Shown here: piece by piece, positions 48,411 to 64,000 of the stretch | Layout: each line of letters opens with the position of its first letter | Numbering within the stretch: the stretch's first letter is position 1 | DNA from: the human T2T-CHM13v2.0 reference genome, Homo sapiens | Length of the DNA stretch: 64,000 bases | Reading direction: 5' to 3' (one strand) | NCBI RefSeq assembly: GCF_009914755.1 | Contig: NC_060926.1 | Position numbers and translations under genes: made by a program | The notes under the pieces: model-generated | Database searches by the model: none | Told to the model about the DNA's origin: nothing | Seen by the model: only the letters and a program-made list of their open reading frames with translations

Positions 48411-51299
48411 CTATTCTCTTTATTTTGGGCATCACATAAATCATATGAGGACGAGGTTATGCAGGTGACAATAGAAACTGGTAGATGGTATAGGATAACA
48501 GGCACAGTTTGATTCTATGGGATTTTACATTCAGGAAATTCATGGTGTCTTTTATGTAGACTTAATTTCCTACTCCTGGAGTTTCTTTATTTTGAATTCT
48601 GTTGGAATCTGTAAAATGAGTTCCTGTCAAACAAAGGATGGCTTTCTTGTGCAAGGTGCCTTGAGCATGTCTTCTGTTTGCTTGCTTTTGGTCCTATGAA
48701 TTACTGCAGCCCGGAGCTCCAGTGACTTGCATACACTTCAGAGTCCACACAGTGGCCTGAATTGACTGCCATCTCATCGGATGGCAATAAGCTTAACAAT
48801 CTGAAAAATTCCTGCACTGCAGGATTACCAGGGGAGGTCACTGGAACTTCATCTGGCTAATAAGTTTTTTGTCCTGTTTCCCCTTGTCAGTGTTCCTCTG
48901 AGCTCCTTAGGTTGGATTTCCTTTTTTAACTTAAATAAAAATCATTAACACTGATTTTCTTTAGTGAGCGAATAACAAAACACCGTATCTAAAACAAGAG
49001 TCATTTCAGAGATGGTGTATGACATTACCACCAATGCAATGAGAAACCGTATTCATCATGATACAGATGCCCTGGGGATCAAATACTGTGAAAATCACAA
49101 GCATTTCGCTCTCATTCTCAATGTAATAAAGATGAAAAATATCAATAAAACTAAAAAGCATTTGCCAGTCGTACACTCTGGAATAATCGTGACTTAAAGA
49201 CCTGCTTAGTTCTCTGGACGTATGGGATGTCAATGTTTTGTTTCTTTAGAGTCTAGATCAACAACACGTACTTTTTTTGTTGTTAACATAGCTTTTTATA
49301 TGGCTTTATTAAAGTTGAAAGCAGAAATCATTTTTATTGCAGCCTAGGAGTTACTCAGCACATCTTTTTGAATCCCCTTCATGTGCTATTTAGGAAGACT
49401 ACACAACTCAGAGTGCTGCCATTCCTCAGCCTTGGAGTAAGAGATCACTTCACCTGGGGCATGTTTGACTTGCTGCCCCAGGGCTACCTTGGCACTCATC
49501 CGTGAAAGTACCTGATATTCTGTTTCATGGTTTATCCTACCCCTCACCTGTTAGAGACCCCTCAACTTCTGTCAGCCTTTTGTGTGTTAGGGAGAAAATC
49601 TGCTTGCTACATATCATCAGGTGTGAAGGTAGGAATGTGAGGAGGAGGTGTATCTCCAGCCCAGTTGAGAAATTATGTTGTGAAATATATAGTCTCAGCA
49701 CCATTGCCACTGGAGGTGGCAATTCTGGAAGGCAGTCTATAACTCAGAGTTTTATCTAGTCATACTTGATCTCACCTCTTAGAAAACAGGATTTCTGGAG
49801 AGTCGACATGATACTAGCAAAGGTAGGCCTTGTTTCCCATGACCATGTAAGTGAAAGAGTTCTATTTTCACATTTTAGTGTAGCCAATTCATGTTCAGGT
49901 ATCAGAAATTTAGACCATCAGTATATTTCTAATAGGTGGAATGTAACTCTCCTCTACCACTGTTCAAGGATAAAATATACTGTAAATTTATCAGCTGTCT
50001 TTAAAGGAAAATGACTTTAAGCTGGACTCTTAACACCAACTTTTTGGGCAGGGTTGAATATATGGACAGTAGTATTCTATTTTCTCGCTCCTGTAGACCT
50101 TGGGTGGGTTGTCCCATTTTCCAGTTTTCTGTCATGGCAGAGTGTGGCTATTGAACTGGATTTGTCCATTGATCCTACCAGACGGAGCTCCTGGGGGCCT
50201 CCTGATCATCATCTCTGCACTTCCGTACAGTATCTGGTCTGTATTAGATGTTTAATCCATGTTTTGTGAATAAACTTCCTTTCATAATAACTCCTGAATG
50301 ATGTGTGTGTCCAGTTGGCTAGAAATTATGTTTTGTAATGGTTATGCTCATGAGAATCCCATGTGTCTAGCTGAATATCCACTTGTATTTTACTGGATGT
50401 ACTGGGACAGTAGAATACATATAGTTTAATGGACTCTGTTGGAAAGGCAAACACCCTTAACAGGGAAAGTGGCTGAGATACGCTGATACTTTTCAAAGAA
50501 GATAGCCACTGCCTTCCAGCCTGACATTCTGTTTCAACAGAATCTATGGAACATATTCTTCCTCAACAGCCCTACACTGTTATCTCATAGGGATTGTCTA
50601 GTTCCTTTGCAAAAGACAGAGGCATAGACCTCACATTGTACAAAAATGACAAGCTGCCTGTTACTCTGTGGATAATTTTGTCATTCACGTAGCAGAGTTC
50701 TTAATCAGACCTAAATTATTTTGAAGATATTATAAGCCACCCAGGTGCAGATGATCTTTTCTTATGTTTTATCAAATATTTTAGTTCAAATAACTTTAAC
50801 AGTCTTTGGATGTCCCATCATTTCTGATGGTAAGATTTCTTTAAGATAGAAAAATGTGTGAACTCACAGCAAGGAATCCAGAATCGTAGCTCCAGATCTT
50901 CTACTAATTATTACATGGTCCAGCACAAATCACTTAAAGGTACTGGGCACTGGATTTGTCACCTTAAAATATTGAGGTGAGATGATTGCAAATTAGGAAG
51001 GAAAAGACAAGATATGTAAATTATGATGCAAGTTAGAATAATAGCAAAATAATTATGGATATATTTTTCAAATATGAAGATCATAGTATATTTGACAGCA
51101 TTTTGCATAGTATTTTTATACAACATTATGTATATTATATTGTATAATGTGATGTAGAGCATTTCCTCTACTGCTGTATCTCATGAATTAAAATATAGAT
51201 TTTTAGAACTTTAGACGAATTTGTCATACATTCACTTACATTTTTATCACTTGTTCCTGTTAGGCAGTTGTCATGTTCTATTATTAAATGGAATATAAT

Positions 51300-51601
<302 letters not shown>

Positions 51602-52108
51602 CTGGAATATGTTTTTTGAGTAGGTGAAATGATTTTTATTTTGTGACAAAGTATTAATGTTTGAAATCAGCTTTTAAGATACTGTAACAATTATGTCAAC
51701 CACAATGTAGCAAAAATTGGAAGATGTTTTATATTTATTTAAAATCCATCAGAAGTAGTAAAATCCTTAAAACTCACATACATAAAACAACTGTATAATT
51801 TAGGAAAGTGATGTCATGAAGGTTTGATTTTAATTCTGCAATGAAGCAAGAACTACTGGGAAAGCCATCAGCCTGAATTCTGCAATTTTTTTAAGATGAA
51901 AATTAAATGTTTAAACTTTAGATAAAATACCTTTCTAAATCTAGTCTATTTGTTCTCGGAAATTTTTAGTCTGTTACATTATTCTTGTCAATATTAGTTT
52001 TAGTGCTCCATATCATTACACATGTTATTTCATTAACCTTGTCTACATACCAAGAACCTGTGACCTCCTCAAGTCCTTTACATAAATTCTCTAACTTGGT
52101 GAAGGTGA

Positions 52109-52421
<313 letters not shown>

Positions 52422-52923
52422 TCTGATGTTTTTATAAAATAGTTCATGGAACAATTTAGACCTCTTGAGTTGCATTTTTCTACCAGCTCTTTATCTCTGG
52501 TTGTTTGTTTTGCAGTTAAAAACAAGATAGTCAGGGTCCTGTTTGAAAACTTGCTTTCTAGTCTTGAGTACCTGGAATTCTGCCTAACTGTTTCATGAAG
52601 AGGGGTTTTTTATAGTCTCTTCAATTGAAGTTAGTTAACTCACAGCTCTGTTTTTGATAAACCAGCAAAATCTTTGAATCATTAAATAACTTCAAGCGTT
52701 GGGAATTATTTCATTTGCAGTTGAAGTTCAGGGAAGAGATTAAGACGTGGTGTGTTATAAGAAGTGTTCTGGGTGCTGATGTTTACATTCTGGTACCAGT
52801 GACTGACTGAATGAATTTTATAATGTGGAGTTGACACCACCTGTTCCCAAAAGCACCATCTAAGAGTCTGCCAATTTAGTAGACCCGTATGGATGAGGCA
52901 TCCTCTGAAATAGCCAATTACTA

Positions 52924-53433
<510 letters not shown>

Positions 53434-55734
53434 TCATTTGGTGGTTGTGACATTGTGGACACTGGGGTACTGCAACAATCAAACTTTTAAGTTGACCCTT
53501 GACCACAGTGAAAATCATAGCAATTACTTTTGATCTACATTTAGGTCTCATTCTCCATAGAATTGTTTCATAATATCACTTTATGTAGTATTGTTTCCTA
53601 TTGATATCTTCTTAGCCATATTATATCATTCCCCTCATAGTTATAAAATGAGTTGCTATTCATGATAATAATCCTGGTGCAGTAGTAAGGAAACATTGGT
53701 GGTTTACAGAATGAATTTCTAACATAGTTCTCATTGTTTTACTCTACTTCCCAAAATAAAAGTTTCAAAGAATCAGAAGATTTTAGGTATTGGATGAATC
53801 TCAGAAACCATTTTGGAGAATGAGGCTTACTTTGCTGTTGAAGAAAGGACTCTTTTTCAGTGGCTTACCTGAACTTAGTGAGTTCTTGACAGTAATAACT
53901 ATTGATTCCAGTTTTCTGATTACTTTTAATTAAATTGTTCTTTTTGAATTGCCTCACCCTTTTAAAATAAGGATTGTGCCCATAATCAGATTTTGCAAGG
54001 GCCAGAGCCATTATTTCATTAACCTTGTCTACATACCTATTATTACATCCCGATTATTGTAGTAGTAGAAACTGGAATTGCCTAGTTATGATCTCAACTT
54101 GATTTTCACTATTTCTATTTGCCTATGTATTTATTAATCCACATCGCTTATGCACTTTAGAACAGAGAGTGAGGAGCTTTGTATGTGGATGTGTTTAAAA
54201 GTTCCTAATGTTGATAATCGTTGGTGGTACCTTATACTGTCTAAAATTTATTTTTATCACATTTACTAAAATGCATACAGGGATATGGCTTCAGAAAGAA
54301 TGCTAGACTCTTTTACATTTAACAAAAAGTTCTCTGGAGCTCATGCCCTTGGGAAACTTGATAATGAAAGTCAGAAGAGTGTTACAAATCTAATTTAGAA
54401 AGATTTTACCAATTTGGTAAATAGAAAAATTCTGAATAGTGAATCTGGTAGCAAATATACATTTATTAGACTTTTGATTGGTTATGGATATGTGCTGAAC
54501 TTTATGGGTAAAAGCACAAATATCAGAACATATTGTATTTCACCTATCATATTTTTTCTTAAAGTGCTTAAAATATTATCCCTTTGAACCTGCTTCACTG
54601 TTTTTGCTTGTTAAAGAATATAGCAATAATGGCTTTAAACTTGAAATCTTAAAATAAATCACTGGGACCAGAACTTTTGTATTTCTTCTCAAGTTTTATA
54701 TTGACCAAAGAACAATAATATGTATGCTTTATTTTCATAGTGCTGTATAATAAAGAAAACCAGACAAATTCCTGAGTTTCCCTTTCAAGTAAGACCATTT
54801 TTTTTTAATAGCTAGAGAAACTGAAGAAGAAAACATTTGGAATTTAGGACTTCCCAGCATTCTATCTCCACCACTGTCCATTCTTCAGATTTCAACACTA
54901 CCACCAACACCCCCACACCAAATACATGTACTTCAAATATTGTACCTAAAATAAAAACTCAGTCCTATGATGAAGTCCTGGGCTTTCTTAAGTAGTCAAT
55001 TAGAAAGGTCAGTGGTTTCTAATGCAGAGAGTTTATGACCTGGTGTGTTTCAGCTAATTTCGATTCTTTCAGATGTCTTCTGCGCAAATTGCTTGATTAC
55101 CTCCTACATCTCTCTTAATCTGGGTTACTGAACATAATAATAAGGCTTTACCTATTTTTTTTTTTTTATAGACCCGTTCATCACCTGAATCTTTTAGCAC
55201 TTCACCAACAGCTGGTAACAAGCAGAATCACTGACATTCTTTTAGATTTCTTTAGGCTGCTTTTTAATCCTCCCTGATTGTCATGAGCAGGAATAAGGAA
55301 GGGAGAAGGAAGACCAATTTTTTGTTTAATCCAAGGTGATCAAAAGAAGTCCCCAGTAATAGTACAGACTGACTTTGACAGTGATTTGTATTTGCAAAAT
55401 ATATGAGGCTTGCTGTATTCCACTTTTTCTCTTTTTTTTCCTCTTTGACAAAAACAAAGTTTTCGTTTCATCCAGAATATTTCATTTATATTTTAGAGGA
55501 CTATTTCCCAGTCCCTTTATCATGGGAATGGCTTGTCTATTCTCTGCTACTTCATTTGACTTTTAAAGAGTCTCAGCCTTTCTTGAAAATTAACAGATTA
55601 TTTAATTAGTTATACATGTTTTGTTTTGTTTTGTTTTTCAGTCGTAATATAAATATATATGCTTGTAGGATTGTAAATCTGGAAGGTAGCCCTTTAAGTG
55701 AGGGTATTCCCAGTCGAATCTGTTATCTTTTTAA

Positions 55735-56059
<325 letters not shown>

Positions 56060-56665
56060 ATCATTGACCTTTTTCAGTATAAATGCCCTCTTATTTCCTT
56101 TTTATCATTACACATGTCAAAATAAATTTCTGAGACTGCAGTTTTTACTATCACTGAATAGTCTCATAGAGAGGCATGTTTGCAAGTAGTATTACAAATC
56201 ATAACTTTTTTTCTGGCACTTTATTATAGGGCCTTGGAGATTACCTTGGATTTGTGTAATCTCAATATGGATGTGTTCAAAGCTAAAGGAATTTATTTGA
56301 TGCGAGGGGAGATTGAAATAGGCTTTACTACAGTTACAGGTAGTTAGTAGACTTGGATAAAAGAAATGAGGGTACTTTGGGGTTTCATAAATGTTGGTAA
56401 TGTTCAAAGCAACATTGCTTTACTTTTCTGAAGGTCAGAACATTCCTATACAAAATTTAAGTCAGTTTTGATAGAGATTTAGAGAGACTTAAATCTCTAT
56501 AAATTTCATGTAATGAAAATACGTTGTTACCTCAAGGAAAAATGAATTATATTATTACAAGATTGTTTTTAAGTTTGATATTTATAATACATTAATGAAA
56601 GTAACGTGAACCCTTGATGTCATGATGCACTAGCGTATGGTGCTCCATTGTTTTGACTGTGTCTG

Positions 56666-57059
56666 CATGAGTGGGCTGGTAGTGGTTTATCAAATGGCTT
56701 TCAGGGCCAGGATGAGGTGGAGTGGAACTGGCTTGTAGTATTTGCTGATTACCGTGGTGGAAACACTTTGACGTGGACAATTCCAGCCTACCAATGTGGT
56801 GCACCCCAGGGCACTATTATATGGTCTTCCCAGTGTATAATTGTAGATATAAATGACCTTGAGCACAGATAACAGTAACATGTAGTCAAATAATCAGGTA
56901 GTGATGAGTTCTGAGTCTTTATTACATTTGTTTTTTAACAATTTAATTGTAATATAAAATGTTTAATAATGAATATGGTTTAATGACTGGCTCACAAAAT
57001 ACATGAAAGTTTAAGTTTCCTCTCCTGAGTTGGTACAAGCCAGCTTCAGCACACCGCTG
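56666..57059. mobile_element. MER63B-like hAT DNA transposon
   Basis: tttgctgattaccgtggtg, gtgatgagttctgagtctttattac, terminal ggtacaagccagcttcagcacaccgctg. Confidence 0.8.
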
Positions 57060-59160
57060 AAAATATATTGCGACACTGAGTTCTATTATACATGTGGTTT
57101 CTTTCCTTGATTATGGCCCTTGCCTTTGAAAATGCTGCTGTTTCCTCTCTCTAGATAATTTATTATTCTTATCATCATTAATATAAATTCTAATAAGCTG
57201 TTTATGTTTGAGAATATTCTTGTTTCTGCATAAAGTTAGTTAAAGATTGGTGTCATTGTCCCTCAGAACCTTAGAACTCAGTATAGATAGAGAAAGTAGA
57301 TAGAAATATTCAAAATGTAAACATTAAACAATGATCGGGTTAAATGCTTATATTTTGTCTTGCTGGTTAGGAATTGAAAAGTTTAAGCTAGAGCTTAAGC
57401 TTAGGTTAGGAAAATAGGTTCTCTTCCATTCTGATTAGTCCAGTAATACTTCTGGTGGATTAAAGTAAGATTTTGTTAAGCCCTGTCCCCTTTCTCCCTC
57501 AATTTTTGGGCAAACAGATTGATAGTGATTGAGTCATTTTGATAGTGATTGGAGACATTCCTTCACCACTGCAAACAGGAAGGGTCTGTGAGTCATTTTG
57601 TTATATATGGAGTTGCTTCCAAAAGCAAGAGACACTACCATGGTTTGCCAAGGGTGGACTTCTGAGATGACTGGTCACGTTTGAGGATTTGGGGCTTATT
57701 TGGAACAATCAAAGGAAGCAGGAGTTGCCTTTATACTGAGGAGAAATGTTCAACAGAAGGGTCAAGGCTGACAGTAAGATATCAGTCTGGCCACTTGTCA
57801 CCATAGTTTATGAATTTATTTCTGTTACAGAGTACTTGGTATCAGCTGGAACTTTCTCCAAAGATGGACATTCTAAAGAAATTTCCAAACTTTCATCAGG
57901 TTAGATCATTGGAGAACTTATTAACTGAGCCTGCCAAGCAACACATTTCTGAACTCCATTTTAATATTTAAGCTCGTATTGAGACAATTATAGGCACCAG
58001 TTGAATAAAGAAAGAAAACATTTCCTACTTTACATTTGATATTTTCTTCTATTATAATCAATGTGAAAATCATTTTTAGTTTACTAACAGGAAGTAATTT
58101 CTTTCCCTTAAAATTCCCTTATTTTAAAAGAAAGATTGTGTATAACATATGAATCCTGTCATTTTTGTCTTGTTGGTCAGGAATCGAAAATAAAATTTAA
58201 CAGGTTTTAACAAGTGTGATTGAGATTTGTTTCCTAATCACTCTACATGTTTTTTCTCTTTTGCATATATGTCATTATTTATAAGCAACTTCAAATAGAA
58301 CAGAAGGTAGGGCATAAATTATCAACAACTTTAGTCCAAAAAGATGTTAATGAAAAAAGTAACAATATTTGTGATATAATATATGCCGTGCTGGTGAGTA
58401 TTGTTGGTTGTCTTATAATCCCAATTGCTGTGTGTAGTTACTGTTCCCTCTCCTTTCCTCTACCAGGGTGGTCTTGCAATATGATCAAATGGTTATGTTC
58501 AGAAGTACAGTTAGCCTGGTATTTCACAGGGAGCAATATGACACTGCATAAGCAGGGAAAATATCATAGATGGGAAGATATATTATCTGGCAAAAGAGTG
58601 ATAGTCCTTCTTGGGAAAAGAACATTGATCTCACTTGGAAAATGCCACAGTCAGAAAGCTCGCAGTCCTCCAATACATGGACAGAGAAAGAAATTTCTTC
58701 ATCCCCTGGGCCAAGAGGCAAAGAAGTTGTTTCAAAGCCTAACAAGCTCAGTGGCCACTTTGTCCTTCTGAACATCTCAACGTAGACCATGAATGTGAAA
58801 CTAGGGTGCCCAGCACAAAGTGAGCTGTTGTGATTCTTCATTCTCATTGCCAAAATTCAGACATGCAGAATGAGCATCACCAGAGAAGGAGCACCCTAAC
58901 AAAATTAAGATTCATTGCATTACATGTCACACAAGTTCTTGTGAAGCCTAGAGGTTCATTAGCTTTTCTACTGTCCAGTTTCTGGATGACTTTTTGTGGT
59001 CAGCATACTTACGTCGTTGGTTTTCAGTTTCTGCTCTTGTGTATTCGAATCCAGGTACTATGTTTTGAGTAACCATATGCCTCTGGCTATGCTAAATTTA
59101 GACCTATTTGCATTTTTCTTTGACTGTACATTAAACTATTCATTAGATTAAGAAGTTTAT

Positions 59161-59449
<289 letters not shown>

Positions 59450-60231
59450 TTATGCTATAGAATTGTAAGCTTTCATAGAAAAATAAATGGATTAGTATAT
59501 CATTAATAATTAACAACTTAGAATTATAACATATGAAATAACTTTTTCAATTAAAATTTGGTTATGGGACTCGAGGTATAACATTTTATTGTATTTTATG
59601 TTTAAATGGATTACAAAAGTACATGCTCACACTTTACTGATGAACAAGTTTATTACCTCAAAGAAAATGTAATCAGTTCAAAAACATTTTGTATCATGAG
59701 GAGCTAAACATGTCTTATTTTCTTTGGTTGTATTGTTATTGTATTATGCTGTTCTCATAAAGGAAAATTATTAAAGTGCATATTGCACCAGGAAACTAGA
59801 CCTGTACATAACACTGACTTACTAGAAAATTGCATTAAAAATTGTTTGGGCAATGATATTAAAAATTATTATAAACAGATACCACTATTTTACTGTTCTT
59901 CAAAGCTTCCTTCATTTGTAAAATACATATATTTTATATAAACATATTGAACATCATACATTTCTGAATTTAAATTAAAATTTTTTAAATGACGTTTATT
60001 GCCAAATTAGTGCTTCTACAACAGAAGACTTTTTTTGGAAGAATGTCATTGAACCAATGAGATAGGAGAAATTCTCTCTATAATTTGAAACCCCATTACT
60101 TTAGTTGACTTAAAACGCAATTTGAAATCACATTACTTTAGGTGAGTTAAAATGCTAAGGATGCCATTTTTAAATTTATATAATTATCTTGGGATATATA
60201 GTCACATGAAAGGATACTGATACTGACTATA

Positions 60232-62860
<2,629 letters not shown>

Positions 62861-64000
62861 GAGCCCTTTGTCAGACAGATAGATTGCAAAAGTTTTCTCC
62901 CATTCTGTAGGTTGCCTGTTCACTCTGATGATAGTTTCTTTTGCTGTGCAGAAGCTCTTTAGTTTAATTAGATCCCATTTGTCAATTTTGGCTTTTGTTG
63001 CCATTGCTTTTGGTGTTTTAGTCATGAAGTCTTTGCCCATGCCTATGTCCTGAATGGTATTACCTAGGATTTCTTCTAGGATTTTTATGGTTTTAGGTCT
63101 TACATTTAAGTCTTTAATCCATCTTGAGTTAATTTTTGTATAAGGTATAAGGAAGGGGTCCAGTTTCAGTTTTCCTCGTATGGCTAGCCAGTTTTCCCAA
63201 CAGTATTTATTAAATAGGGAATCCTTTCCCCATTTCTTGTTTTTATCAGGTTTGTCAAAGATCAGATGGTTGTAGATGTGTGGGGTCACTTCTGAGGCCT
63301 CTGTTCTGTTTCATTGGTCTACATATCTGTTTTGGTACCAGTACCATGCTGTTTGTTTTTGTTACTGTAGCCTTGTATTATAGTTTAAGTCAGGTAGAGT
63401 GATACCTCCAGCTTTGCTCTTTTTGCTTAGGATTGTCTTGGCTATATGGGCTCTTTTTTGGTTCCATATGAAATTTAAATTAGTTTTTCCTATTCTGTGA
63501 AGAAAGTCAGTCGTAGCTTGATGGGGACAGCATTGAATCTATAAATTACTTTGGGCAGTATGGCCATTTTCACAGTATTGGTTCTTCCTATTCATGAGCA
63601 TGGAATGTTTTTCCATTTACTTGTGTCCTCTCTTATTTCCTTGAGCAGTGATTTGTAGTTTTCCTTGAAGAGGTCCTTCACATCCCTTGTAAGTTGTATA
63701 CCTAGGTATTTTATTCTCTTTTTAGCAATTGTGAATGGGAGTTCACTCATGATTTGGCTTTCTATTATTGGTGTATAGGAATGCTTGATTCTTGCACATT
63801 GATTTTTGTATCCTGATACTTTGCTGAAGGTGCTTATCAACTTGAGGAGATTTGGGGCTGAGACAATGGGGTTTTCTAAATATACAATCATGTCATCTGG
63901 AAACAGAGACAATTTGACTTCCTCTCTTCCTATTTGAATACCCTTTATTTCTTTCTCTTGCCTGAATGCTGCGGCCAGAACTTCCAATACTATGTTGAAT
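62861..64000 (-). mobile_element. L1PA (about PA5-PA8) ORF2 segment without a 3' end, continuing past the window
   Basis: ORFs 62852-63289 and 63592-63987 are ORF2 RT/C-terminal pieces with frameshifts (FPDD in place of FADD). Confidence 0.93.

Noticed and set aside
53508-53533. gcaattacttttg resembling half a MADE1
   Set aside because: Only ~13 bp match and no partner arm
56471-56500. 11-bp stem atagagattta/taaatctctat
   Set aside because: AT-rich and isolated; too short for a miRNA precursor

Overview
Human genomic DNA: it contains an L1HS-Ta element, AluJ/S/Y, MIR, L2, MaLR and ERV1 LTRs and DNA-transposon fossils. It is AT-rich, has no CpG island and no host protein-coding exon I can recognise. 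Most L1s and LTRs lie on the minus strand, which suggests a long intron of a plus-strand gene. All ORFs with recognisable homology are L1 ORF2 pieces or Alu translations. The most unusual structure not explained by transposons is a ~266-bp, ~98%-identical inverted duplication of apparently unique DNA (34827-35091 / 35659-35925), with a tangle of templated micro-palindromes at its junction. Also notable are a young 3.6-kb L1HS-Ta insertion with an uninterrupted ORF2 remnant, a twin-primed L1, a MER61-type solo LTR keeping a consensus p53 site, a 47-bp minisatellite, a 27-bp exact repeat 2 kb apart and a MADE1 hairpin. I see no convincing evidence of a new multi-gene biological system. Repeat subfamily names come from recalled consensus sequences, not from a search, and the boundaries of old elements are approximate.
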